NCBI GenBank assembly: GCA_963665775.2
Contig: CAXXTF010000002.1
Span: 256,001 to 320,000, forward strand
DNA from: Dehalococcoidia bacterium
GTDB lineage: Bacteria > Chloroflexota > Dehalococcoidia > SM23-28-2 > RBG-16-64-32
Length of the DNA: 64,000 nucleotides
Reading direction: 5' to 3'
Position 1 is the stretch's first letter. Each line of letters begins with the position of its first letter. Positions 18,856 through 28,322 of the stretch are shown here, piece by piece. The translations under genes were made by a program, and so were the position numbers. A model generated the notes under the pieces. The model was given only the letters and a program-made list of their open reading frames with translations, did not search any database and had not been told where the DNA came from.

Positions 18856-19731
18856 ATGGCAAAGAAAGGCGAAGAGATGATCTCGTTCCCTGGTGAAATG
18901 GGAATCAACGAGTTCAAAGGAAAGCCAATCCGGAAGGTTTTCGAGGAAGGGGAATGGTTTTTCTCCATTAGCGATGTGGTCGGCGCAATCGTTGAAACCG
19001 ACAGGCCCTCCAGGTATTGGTCAGCCCTCAAGCGCAAGCTGACAAAAGAGGGCTCCGGTCAGTTGTCCGAAAATATCGGACAACTGAAAATGACCGGTCC
19101 AGACGGCAAGGAGTACCCAACTGATGCAGCAAATGCCGAAACAATGTTCCGCATCATCCAGTCTATCGGGTCGCCCAGAGCGGAGCCATTCAAGAGATGG
19201 CTCGCCAAGGTAGCGTTTGAGAGGATTCAGGAATTCCAGAATCCAGAACTCGGCATCCAGAGGGCAATACTCGACTACCAAATTCAAGGACATTCAGACG
19301 ACTGGATAAAAGCGCGTATCCGGACTGTTCTAAGTCGCAAGGAACTAACCAGCGAGTGGGCCAGTCGTAGGGTGACAGAGGGCAAGGAATACGCAGTATT
19401 AACCAACGTGATTTCCCAGGAGACGTTCAATATCGCCATCAAAACGCACAAAGAGGTGAAAGGTCTGGCCAAGGGGCACAATCTTAGAGACCATATGACC
19501 GACATGGAGTTGGTCTTGACCATGCTAGGTGAAACATCTACTGCCGAGCTGGCCCGTGCGAGAGACTCACAAGGATTTAGTGAAAATAAAGAAACTGCTC
19601 ATGCTGGAGGCAAAATTGCTGGTGACGCGAGGGAGAACTTTGAGAGGCAACTGGGCCGACCTGTTGTCTCAAGCAGCAATTTCCTTCCCGAGAGAGGCGA
19701 CCAGAGGCAACTTCCACAAGGTGAGGCATAG
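18856..19731 (+). CDS. Bro-N domain (antirepressor-like) protein
   Basis: IRKVFEEGEWFFSISDVV, RIIQSIGSPRAEPFKRWLA and NLRDHM motifs. Confidence 0.88.
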   Translation: MAKKGEEMISFPGEMGINEFKGKPIRKVFEEGEWFFSISDVVGAIVETDRPSRYWSALKRKLTKEGSGQLSENIGQLKMTGPDGKEYPTDAANAETMFRIIQSIGSPRAEPFKRWLAKVAFERIQEFQNPELGIQRAILDYQIQGHSDDWIKARIRTVLSRKELTSEWASRRVTEGKEYAVLTNVISQETFNIAIKTHKEVKGLAKGHNLRDHMTDMELVLTMLGETSTAELARARDSQGFSENKETAHAGGKIAGDARENFERQLGRPVVSSSNFLPERGDQRQLPQGEA

Positions 19732-19737
19732 ACTGGC

Positions 19738-20553
19738 ATGATAATCGAAGCACCGCTAATGCCATCCAGTGAACGCCGTGGGGGCACCCACGCTGCTGCC
19801 ATCCGGTATCCAGGATCGAAATGGAGCCTTGCCGACCGGATCATCGAGCTATTCCGGCCACACTATCATTACGTCGAGCCGTTCTTCGGCTCGGGTGCGG
19901 TGTTCTTCTCAAAGCCGAGAGTCCCCCACGAAGTCATAAACGATAGGAACAGCCAGGCAACCAACCTTTTCTTGGTCCTTCGGGATCAGACCGAGGAACT
20001 ATGTTGGAAGTTGGAAGCTACGCCATGGTCCCGAGACGAATACGACCTATCGCACATCATCACGGCCGACGCCGTTGAGAACGCCCGTCGGTTCGTGGTG
20101 CGTTGCTGGCAGGCTCATGGAAGCGACCTCGCTAAGAAAACCGGCTGGAAGAACCGTGGCCCGAGTCAGCGGGCAGGGGGAATGTCTCACCGATGGAATA
20201 AGGTTCCTGAACAGCTACGAAGGCTAGCTGATCGGCTGAAAGACGCCGAGATTGAGAATCGTGATGCTCTTGAGGTTATTGAGCGACATGCTGCGGAGGA
20301 TTGCCTAATTTACGCCGACCCACCCTATCCGCACTGCGTCCGAACTCAACACATGTACAGCGATGAGATGGACGACGACGCCCACATATTGCTACTGAAG
20401 GCACTTCTCGCGCACCCCGGCCCCGTGGTGGTGAGCGGCTACGGCAACGAGATATACGACGATATGCTCAGCGGATGGAGCCGCGTCGCTATGAAACCAC
20501 CCAAGGTAGAGAAACAGGCAGTTCGGCTTGAAGTCCTTTGGGTGAAGCCGTAG
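19738..20553 (+). CDS. Dam-like (D12 class) DNA adenine methyltransferase
   Basis: RYPGSK, YVEPFFGSG, VIND and YADPPY motifs. Confidence 0.9.
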   Translation: MIIEAPLMPSSERRGGTHAAAIRYPGSKWSLADRIIELFRPHYHYVEPFFGSGAVFFSKPRVPHEVINDRNSQATNLFLVLRDQTEELCWKLEATPWSRDEYDLSHIITADAVENARRFVVRCWQAHGSDLAKKTGWKNRGPSQRAGGMSHRWNKVPEQLRRLADRLKDAEIENRDALEVIERHAAEDCLIYADPPYPHCVRTQHMYSDEMDDDAHILLLKALLAHPGPVVVSGYGNEIYDDMLSGWSRVAMKPPKVEKQAVRLEVLWVKP

Positions 20554-20558
20554 GCAAG

Positions 20559-21320
20559 CTATTTAGGCCAGAGAGCCTTGAAGTAATTCTGAGCCTTGGC
20601 AAGGGGAGACATGATGGGAGCAACCTCTAGACAGAACGTTTCGGTTACCCAGTCGGCCCAAGACAGTAGCGGGAAGTATTTCAACTGCCCACCGGAATTC
20701 ATGTAGCACTGCCAGAGCCGGTGGCGTCGTCCTCCGTCGTCAATGTAGCCGTTGAGCGAAGCCCCTTCAAAGAGCCAATCTACGGCACCCTTCGGATCGG
20801 CGATCTTTAGGTTGATCGGGAAGCAAAGGACTTGAAACTTTCGCCATTTCGCGTCGTGAGCGAGCACGCTATATCGGCTGCCAGCAATGTCTATTGAGTC
20901 CGCAACCGCCGTTTGCCAACCCGATACAAGGTCCACGATGGCGGGTCCGGCGAGCGTCGGATCAGTGGCCCAATTGATCTGGAGAGCAAGAAGATGCTTC
21001 CTGAACGTAGCGGCTGCGTTTGAAAGCTCCATGAAGCTGGACAGGTTCTTGGGTGGTTGCATCGCAGTCATCTTGCAGGAGATACCGAATGGCTTGCCCT
21101 CTGCCTGGATCAAGACATCAAATATCCCCTTATCCTCGGGCGTGGTGCCCTCAAGCACAGCAGCTAATGCCCGCTCGTAATCACGGAACCCAGGCATTGA
21201 CCCGCCAGCCTTTAAGGTTACCTGGCCGCTCCCGTCCCTGAAACTACTCAGGGTGAGGCGCAGCCTCTCTAGTTCCCGGCCGTTGAGGGGTCGATCCTTG
21301 TAGGGAGCGTACACGCACAA
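20559..21320 (-). CDS. Putative type II restriction endonuclease
   Basis: Convergent with the methylase, 5 bp apart; RDYE...IFDV...GISCK resembles a PD-(D/E)xK variant. Confidence 0.6.
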   Translation of the reverse strand: MCVYAPYKDRPLNGRELERLRLTLSSFRDGSGQVTLKAGGSMPGFRDYERALAAVLEGTTPEDKGIFDVLIQAEGKPFGISCKMTAMQPPKNLSSFMELSNAAATFRKHLLALQINWATDPTLAGPAIVDLVSGWQTAVADSIDIAGSRYSVLAHDAKWRKFQVLCFPINLKIADPKGAVDWLFEGASLNGYIDDGGRRHRLWQCYMNSGGQLKYFPLLSWADWVTETFCLEVAPIMSPLAKAQNYFKALWPK

Positions 21321-21595
21321 ATACTACCCGTCGCAGAGTTTTTGTCCAAGGCCGCCGTTCCCATTAAGAATTATTTGTGCAGACCGTTGATTATTTGTGC
21401 AGGACGCCTTTTATGTGCAAAGCCGCCTATACTGTTATCATTGCACCAGCAGGCAGGGCATTCGACATCCTTTCCTATCCTGACGAGTGCTGCGATCTGC
21501 CTCTGGGGGGAGATGATCCCAAAGGTATCTCAGAGGCCAGTCGGGGCCGCCGGAGAGGTCGAGCGGGAAGCTAGTCAGGCGCGAGTAATGTAGTC

Positions 21596-24106
21596 ATGGC
21601 GGAACTGAATTGGGCACCAGCGTCTCCTTGGAAGACACGGGTTAGCCGGCTAATCGGCCGCTACCTGAGCTGGGAGGACTGGCTTACACTCGGCTTATGC
21701 CTCGGGACGGTGCTGAGCGTATCGCTATCGCTGGAGGCAGCCAACTGGTCCCGCGTCATGCCTGCCTTAGCGGAGGTGGGCGCGCTGGCGCTGCTGGCGT
21801 CGCTGGTACTTGCCCGCTCACCCCTTTCGGCTTTACGGGCCTGGCCGATGGCGGCGTTGGCAGGCATGGCCGTGGCTTTCTGGCAGGCGATGATGATGGT
21901 AGGGCCCGGCAGCCTGGCTGAGCGGCTGGACGCCATCCATTTCCGTTTTCAGGCGTGGTTCGAGCTGGCGTATACCAGCGGCATCACTAACGACTCGCTC
22001 CCCTTCAACGTGTCGGTTGTCGGCTACGTTTGGATGGGGGTGTTCCTGTTCGGATGGAGCCTCTTCCGCTGGCACAATCCCTGGCTGGGACTGATCCCCG
22101 GCGCTGTAGCGCTGGCTGTCGTCATGGTGCATGCCGGTCAGTCGCAGCCCATCGCCATCTTCTTCTACGTCCTGTTTGGTCTGCTGTTGGTGATGCGGTC
22201 GAACTTGACGGCGCTGATTGGCTGGTGGCGGGCCGAGGGAGTGACGTATCCACCTCTAATCAGCCTCTCCTTTATGCGCTTCACGGTCTTAGCAGTGCTG
22301 CTCCTGATGCTGGTAGCCTGGATCGCACCGGTACGCTCCATCCCCCCACCGAACCTACCGGACTCCCTCGTACGCCAGTTTGACTGGATCGGTATTCAGT
22401 TCGAGGGGCTGACCGGCCCCTTGCGCGGCAAGAGGCAGATCGTACCGGTCCACAGCTACGCGCCTGTGCTTCGTTTTCAGCGCAGCATCTTCCAGGGCGG
22501 CGTCGGCGCGAGCGACCGGGAGCTGCTGTCGGTGACGACGGACATTCCGTCGTTGGAGGGTCCCTTTCTCCTGCGGGGAGCCGTTTACGGTGAGTACGCC
22601 GTCGGCGGCTGGAAGGCCGGGCCTAGCCAACCGGTAGCGCCACCCTCGGATATGGAAGCACGTGTCCGGGAGCGCTTGGAGGATGGTTCCTTGGAGGGGC
22701 AGCTCGTCTCCCTGATGGTGACCGTGGAGGCCAAAAGCGTGGTGGGGACGGTGCTCTTCTCATTGGGCCAACCGGTAGCGGCCGATGTCGCTTCGCGGAT
22801 CACGGCGCCAGAAGGCAGCCTGCGCACGTCAACCATATTCATCCCGGAGAGGGAGCCTGTCCCATTAACCGATGAAGAGATCCTGACGTGGGTGCCTGAG
22901 GATGCCATCGGCTTCACCCTGGACAGCTCCGGCCAGCGCTTGTCCGTGCAATTGATCAATGATCCGAAAGCAGCCCTCATTGATACGCTGGTGATGAGGC
23001 CGGATGAGCCCCTAGCCGAGGGTGAGTCGTACGAGGTACTGGGGCTGGTTCAGGCTGCGTCGCCGGATGATCTGGTGGATGCTGGGCAGGCCTACCCCTC
23101 ATGGGTGACGGATCAGTACCTCCAGTTGCCGGCAAGCCTTCCCAGCCGAGTGGGGCTGTTCGCTTACGATATCGCCGTGTCGGCTCAATCCTGCGATGAC
23201 TCGGCCTCCCCCCTCTTCGGGAATCCCTGCACCGATGAGGTGACGCCTTATGACCGCGCGAAAGCGATCGAATCGTACTTGCGTCAGTTGCCGGTGGCGG
23301 GCACAGCCGGCGACATACCGCCGGGCGTGGACCCAGTGGACTACTTCCTGTTCGAGTCTCAGGGCGGGCATTTTGACCTGCACGCCTCGGCCATGGTCGT
23401 GCTGTTGCGTGCCGTGGGTGTGCCGGCGCGGATAGCTGTCGGCTTCGTCCTAGATGAGGAGGACTTGGACCCCAGGTCGGGCGTCTATGTGGTGCGGGAT
23501 AGCAATGCCTACGTCTGGGCAGAGGTGTATTTCCCCGATCACGGCTGGATCCCATTCAGCCCCGCGCCAGACCGCCCAGCAGTGCTTATTCCAGAGCTCG
23601 GCGAGATCCCGGAATTGGATGAAGTCCTAGACGATCCTTTGGACTTCCTCGAAGATCTCCTTTTCGAATTCGACAATCCGTCCGGACCGGAGGTCGAGCT
23701 CCTCGATACGAGCGGGTCCGGCTCCGGCACTGGCTACACCACATTGATCGTTTTGGGGATTGCCGCCTTGGTGGCGGCGGTCGTAGGCAGCCTGGCATTC
23801 GGCTGGCAGAGGTTGGTGGTTGGCCTGCCGTATCCGCAGCAGGTATGGGAGAAGACGGTACGTCTCTCCTCCTGGGCGGGGCGGCCGCCGCAGTCCGGCC
23901 AGACGCCGAGCGAGTTCACCGCTCACCTGAAACACACGACGCGGGAGGTGTCAGACATTTCGGCTCTAGCTGACGCCTACAACCGCTCCCGATTTGGGAA
24001 CCGCGAGCCGAGCGGCGAGGAGAACGAGCGTCTGCGCCAGCTCTGGCCCCACCTGCGCGCGTCCTTGCTGAAGAATATCATCGGTCGGGCCTGGCGCCGT
24101 CGCTGA
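21596..24106 (+). CDS. TgpA-like membrane protein (TM region, transglutaminase-like domain, DUF4129)
   Basis: Multiple TM helices; DPVDYFLF...ASAMVVLLRAVGVPARIAVGF...WAEVYFP; TPSEF...YNRSRFG tail. Confidence 0.85.
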   Translation: MAELNWAPASPWKTRVSRLIGRYLSWEDWLTLGLCLGTVLSVSLSLEAANWSRVMPALAEVGALALLASLVLARSPLSALRAWPMAALAGMAVAFWQAMMMVGPGSLAERLDAIHFRFQAWFELAYTSGITNDSLPFNVSVVGYVWMGVFLFGWSLFRWHNPWLGLIPGAVALAVVMVHAGQSQPIAIFFYVLFGLLLVMRSNLTALIGWWRAEGVTYPPLISLSFMRFTVLAVLLLMLVAWIAPVRSIPPPNLPDSLVRQFDWIGIQFEGLTGPLRGKRQIVPVHSYAPVLRFQRSIFQGGVGASDRELLSVTTDIPSLEGPFLLRGAVYGEYAVGGWKAGPSQPVAPPSDMEARVRERLEDGSLEGQLVSLMVTVEAKSVVGTVLFSLGQPVAADVASRITAPEGSLRTSTIFIPEREPVPLTDEEILTWVPEDAIGFTLDSSGQRLSVQLINDPKAALIDTLVMRPDEPLAEGESYEVLGLVQAASPDDLVDAGQAYPSWVTDQYLQLPASLPSRVGLFAYDIAVSAQSCDDSASPLFGNPCTDEVTPYDRAKAIESYLRQLPVAGTAGDIPPGVDPVDYFLFESQGGHFDLHASAMVVLLRAVGVPARIAVGFVLDEEDLDPRSGVYVVRDSNAYVWAEVYFPDHGWIPFSPAPDRPAVLIPELGEIPELDEVLDDPLDFLEDLLFEFDNPSGPEVELLDTSGSGSGTGYTTLIVLGIAALVAAVVGSLAFGWQRLVVGLPYPQQVWEKTVRLSSWAGRPPQSGQTPSEFTAHLKHTTREVSDISALADAYNRSRFGNREPSGEENERLRQLWPHLRASLLKNIIGRAWRRR

Positions 24107-24351
24107 GCCAGGGACTGCCGCTAGATCGCCCCCCGCCCCGCCTGAGGTCGAAATCCCGGCTGGTTCGAGTGGTCTAATCCCGCTTGGCCGTGTCACTCGT
24201 CAGTGTTTCGGCACGGCCGAGTGTGGAGGTGTCTCGGTAGGCGGAGCGGTGGACGGTTTCGCTATGCCGGCGCTGGGCGCGTTGCTATCATTTGGGACAT
24301 GAAAAGCGCTTCGCTCAGGATAGACATGGGTTGTTCGTGCAGCGGGCGGGA

Positions 24352-25768
24352 TTATGGCCCCGCTTGGGCACGGGCCAGGCCGTAGATGGCGTTGTCAAAC
24401 GTGAGAACCAGGATTTCTCCATCCGGTAGCTCGGCGAAGGACGAGATGGAGGCGCCTGAGTGTACCAGGAGGATGGCTGGGCTCGTGTCGCTGGCAGTGT
24501 CGAAGGCCCATATCTTTCCGCTGCAGAAGTCGCCGTAAACGTACCAGCCGTTCAGCTCTGGCATCTCCGAGCCCCGGTAGACGAAGCCGCCGATGATCGC
24601 GGTGCAGACCTCCTGGCCGTGGCCGTAGGCGGCGCGAGGGAGGATGTAGGGCGTCTTGTCACAGGCGTCCGCCGCGACGCCGAAGCAGGTGGGGCCTTCC
24701 ATAACGTTCCAGCCGTAATTCCCTCCCCTTACCACCTGGTCCACCTCTTCCCATCGGGCGAATCCGACGTCCGCTGCCCAGATATTCCCGGTCTCTCGAT
24801 CGAAGCTGAAGCGCCAGGGGTTACGGAAGCCGTGGGCGTAGATTTCGTCCGCATTGCCGCCCGGGCCGTCGGCGAAGGGGTTGCCTGCCGGGATTGTGTA
24901 GCCGCCGTCGCCTGAGACGTCGAGCCGGAGGATGGAGCCGAGGAGCGTCTGGAGGTTTTGGCCGCGGCCATCCGGGTCACTGACGGCGCTGTCGGTGCCG
25001 CCATCACCCATGGCCACATAGAGATATCCGTCCGGTCCGAAGGCGAGCTGGCCACCGTTGTGCCACCAGAATCTATCGTCCAGATCGATGAGGATCTCCT
25101 CGCTGGCCATGCTGAGCACACCGTCGACCACCTGGAAGCGAGAGACGATCATACGGGTCTTGAACTCGTCGGAGCGGGGAGGGGCGTTGTAGAAGATGTA
25201 TACTCGGCTGTCGCTGGCGAACTCCGGGGAGAAGGCGATGCTCAGCAAGCCTTCCTCACCTCCCCCTTCTCCTATCCCTGTTATGACCTTCTGGGACAGA
25301 TCCCCGAACAGGATCGGGGAGAAGGCCCCGCTGAGGGAGACGTGCTAGAGGAAGCCGATCTGGGTAATGACCACGGCTTCGTCCGGTGAACCAGGTATCG
25401 GTGTCACCCCCAGCATCCGATCGAACGTCGCCGTAGTGACGGCCGGGGCGAGCTGGTAGGCGCCCTCCTCCGGCGGGGAGTTTGGGGTGGGCGTAGGGGT
25501 TGGATCCGCTGTCGGCGTGGGATCCGGTGTTGGTGTGGGCGTAGGCGTCACCGTCACCGTAGGCGTACCCATCGGCGTGGGCATTGCTGTCGTCAGAGGT
25601 GTGGGGATAGGTGTGGCCGTGGCTGACGGGAGTGGGTCTGTGCCAGTCCCGCCGCAGGCTGCGCCGACCAACAGGCCGACCAGGGCCAGGGAGGCGAAAA
25701 GCAGGAGAGGCGATCGTAGGTGTTTATGGCGCCCTCCACTCGTTGATCCCCCGAACTTGCGAGTTCAT
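24352..25768 (-). pseudogene. PQQ-dependent glucose/sorbosone dehydrogenase family lipoprotein with a nonsense codon and a probable frameshift
   Basis: HNGGQLAFGPDG, GFRNPWRFSFD and GGNYGW motifs; in-frame TAG at 25345-25347 (GFL*HV); lipobox GAAC and Pro/Thr linker; the start is out of frame near 25735. Confidence 0.8.
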
Positions 25769-25811
25769 CTGATCGGTAGGCCACCGACTGTCGCGCCGCT
25801 ATCGTCGCCGG

Positions 25812-26366
25812 TTGTCGGCTCACCGTTTTCTAGGACGAGATGTAGTAAGCTTCTTTCCAAACGAGACGGGCCACGCGGAGGTCGAGATGGCTTTGAGCTA
25901 CAGGAGAGGGATGGAGCTAGTCCTCTATGACGAGAGCCTGTTTGCCTGGAGAGAATCGGTGGAAGCCCTTGAGCAGAGCGAGTGGCTTCTAAGCTGGGCC
26001 CTGCGTGTCATCAGGGCGACGGTCAAGCTCTCGACGCCCTTTTGGATTATCGCGACCCTTATCAGCGTCGGCCTATCGCCGTTGCTCCAGCCGACTCGGG
26101 GGCTGGCGTTCCTCCCGCTTCACTGGCTCGTGCTAACGCCGCTACTGGGCATCGTTCTCTTGACGAGCGATCTGTGGACGCGGATGCCGCCGGCAAGGCC
26201 CCTGCTGCTGTTTGTGGGGTGTTTCAGTGTCGCGTCTGCTATGGTGATGATATCCCTGATACCGGATGACCCCGGCGTGCGTCGTGCGAAGCACATTCTC
26301 TGCGAGCTGTGGCCGTTCAGTCAGCGCCGCCTTCAGTGGATTGCGGAGCACGGCAGCGGGAAGTAG
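25812..26366 (+). CDS. Hypothetical membrane protein
   Basis: Three hydrophobic segments; true start is probably downstream (ATG ~25887). Confidence 0.55.
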   Translation: MSAHRFLGRDVVSFFPNETGHAEVEMALSYRRGMELVLYDESLFAWRESVEALEQSEWLLSWALRVIRATVKLSTPFWIIATLISVGLSPLLQPTRGLAFLPLHWLVLTPLLGIVLLTSDLWTRMPPARPLLLFVGCFSVASAMVMISLIPDDPGVRRAKHILCELWPFSQRRLQWIAEHGSGK

Positions 26367-26438
26367 GGCCGAGCCAAGGGATGACTCGGCCCCGGGGATC
26401 AGCTAGGCGCGAACATTAGATAAGGTGACCCGGATGAC

Positions 26439-27419
26439 GTGGCTTCGGATTCAGTGGAGGGTGCCGTGAAGATCGGCTTGATGGTTGAGGGACAGAACAA
26501 CCTTACCTGGGAACGATGGAGCCACATCGTGGCCCTTGCGGACAGGCTCGGGTTTCATTCCCTCTTTCGCTCTGACCATTATTTCATCCGATCGCAGCGT
26601 GACTCGCTCGAGGCATACCTTTCCTTCGTCCTCGCGGCCAGGGAGAGCAGCCGCATACGTTTCGGGCCGCTGGTCACTCCCGTAACGTTCCGCTCGCCCG
26701 TTAACGTGGGCCGGATGGCGGCTCAGATCGACGTGCTGAGCGGAGGGCGATTCGTGATGGGTCTGGGTGCGGGTTGGAATGAGGCCGAACACCGCGCCTA
26801 CGGCATTCCGTTCCCATCGGCAGGGGAACGGCTTGACCGTCTTGAGGAGGCGATCAACCTGATGAAGGCGCTCTGGGCTCCGGGGCGGGCCACGTACCGG
26901 GGCCGCTTCTACCAGATTGAGGAGGCCGACTGCCTCCCCAAGCCGCAACCCGGCCGCCCGCCGATCCTGATCGGCGGTTCCGGCGAGCGTCGTACGTTGC
27001 GCTTGGTGGCGAAGTACGCCAGTGAGTGGAACTGTGTAAACCTGAGTCCGCAGGCATTCGCCGACAAGAGTGCGGTGCTGGAACGGCACTGCGAAGCCGT
27101 CGGGCGCGATCCGAAGAGCATCTCTCGCTCCATGATGACTTTTGGGCTTATCGGTCCCACCAAGGAGAGCATCGATCGGATAACGCGCCGCTTGATGGAG
27201 CTCGTTTCGGCAGGGCCAGAGACGTCGCTGGAGCAGTTCCAGGAGCAGTCCCGGGCTCGCGGTATGGTCGTCGGGCAGCGCGAGGAGGTCTTGGAGTGGC
27301 TCGGCCAACTGGCCGAGCGGGGGCTGCAAGAGGTGATGTTCCAGCATCTCGACTTCGATTCCGACGAGGTGCCGGAGTTCCTCGCTTCCGATATCATGCC
27401 AAGAGTGGCGGACCTTTAG
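26439..27419 (+). CDS. LLM-class F420-dependent oxidoreductase
   Basis: FRSDH, LSGGRFVMGLGAGWNEAEH and ILIGGSGERRTL motifs. Confidence 0.9.
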   Translation: MASDSVEGAVKIGLMVEGQNNLTWERWSHIVALADRLGFHSLFRSDHYFIRSQRDSLEAYLSFVLAARESSRIRFGPLVTPVTFRSPVNVGRMAAQIDVLSGGRFVMGLGAGWNEAEHRAYGIPFPSAGERLDRLEEAINLMKALWAPGRATYRGRFYQIEEADCLPKPQPGRPPILIGGSGERRTLRLVAKYASEWNCVNLSPQAFADKSAVLERHCEAVGRDPKSISRSMMTFGLIGPTKESIDRITRRLMELVSAGPETSLEQFQEQSRARGMVVGQREEVLEWLGQLAERGLQEVMFQHLDFDSDEVPEFLASDIMPRVADL

Positions 27420-27488
27420 GAGCCGCCTCTGCGCCGCGCTTCCCCAAATGGTCGCACCAATGCTAGCCTCTGATACAGGAGGTCGTAG

Positions 27489-27790
27489 ATGGCCATAGAC
27501 AACAGAGGCCTCACGGATGCCGACATAATCGGCTATGTGGAGTCCCTCTTTAACTGGGGCAGATGGGGGTGGCGGGTCTGCACGCCTCCGTGTTGCCTTG
27601 GTTACGCTCGCGGACGGGGACGTGATCGTGCGGGATCGGGAGACCGGATCGACCTGGTCCGGTCTGTCCGGTGAGGCGATCGACGGGCCCCTGGCCGGTC
27701 GTAGGCTGCAACAGCTGCCGACCTTCTACGCCTTCTGGTTCAGCTGGACGGATTTCTTCACCTAGGCCGAGCTGTACGAGGGGATGAGCG
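27489..27790 (+). pseudogene. Fused remnants: cyclase N-terminus and DUF3179-like C-terminus
   Basis: NWGRWG followed by DRETGSTWSGLSGEAIDGPLAG...FWFSW in another frame. Confidence 0.55.
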
Positions 27791-27801
27791 GAGCCTAATT
27801 C

Positions 27802-28248
27802 GTGCGCAGACTGTTCTCAGTTATCCTACCGCCTGGTGCTGCGCGCCGCCTGCTTCGGAGGCAAGGGTCAGGAAGCGTCGTGGATTTGGCCGCCCTACGG
27901 CAGCTTGTTCTGGGCCGATCGATGCTGGCCGTGGGATTGATCGCCGCTTTAGCCGGGGCCGGGTTGGCCGCGGGGATCATGGTGCATGGCGCGCTCGTGG
28001 ATGGTATCACCTATACAACGGTCTCCTGGGCGCTCATCGCCCCCCTGTGGAGCCTCCAGGCGTTGCTGTGGCTGCTCGTCCGTCGCTGGTTGGTGGCGGC
28101 CGCGGTACCGCTGGGCGGGCTGGCCGTCTTCGCCGGCATGTACTACGGCGACGTCTACGGCCAGTTCCCGGCTGGAGCGCTCTTCCTGCTGGCAACGGCC
28201 GTGGTGTTTCTCCCTAACCAGGCGAAAGGGGAAGAACCTCTCCGGTGA
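27802..28248 (+). CDS. Hypothetical membrane protein
   Basis: Four hydrophobic segments. Confidence 0.55.
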   Translation: MRRLFSVILPPGAARRLLRRQGSGSVVDLAALRQLVLGRSMLAVGLIAALAGAGLAAGIMVHGALVDGITYTTVSWALIAPLWSLQALLWLLVRRWLVAAAVPLGGLAVFAGMYYGDVYGQFPAGALFLLATAVVFLPNQAKGEEPLR

Positions 28249-28322
28249 GGTCGAGGGGGTGCGGGCCGGCAAGTGGAGAAGGTCTCAGCCATACACTCGG
28301 TGTGTGTAAGCGCCGGGGGGCG

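Larger units (their letters stand above)
17338..21424. mobile_element. Cargo-carrying DDE transposon, 4087 bp, with TIRs and a 9-bp target-site duplication
   Basis: Left end GGCTTTGCACAATAAA, right end TTTTATGTGCAAAGCC; GCCTATACT directly repeated at 17329-17337 and 21425-21433; visibly lower GC than the flanks. Confidence 0.9.

Noticed and set aside
25487-25625. GT-rich short-period repeats
   Set aside because: They encode the Pro/Thr linker of the PQQ dehydrogenase lipoprotein.
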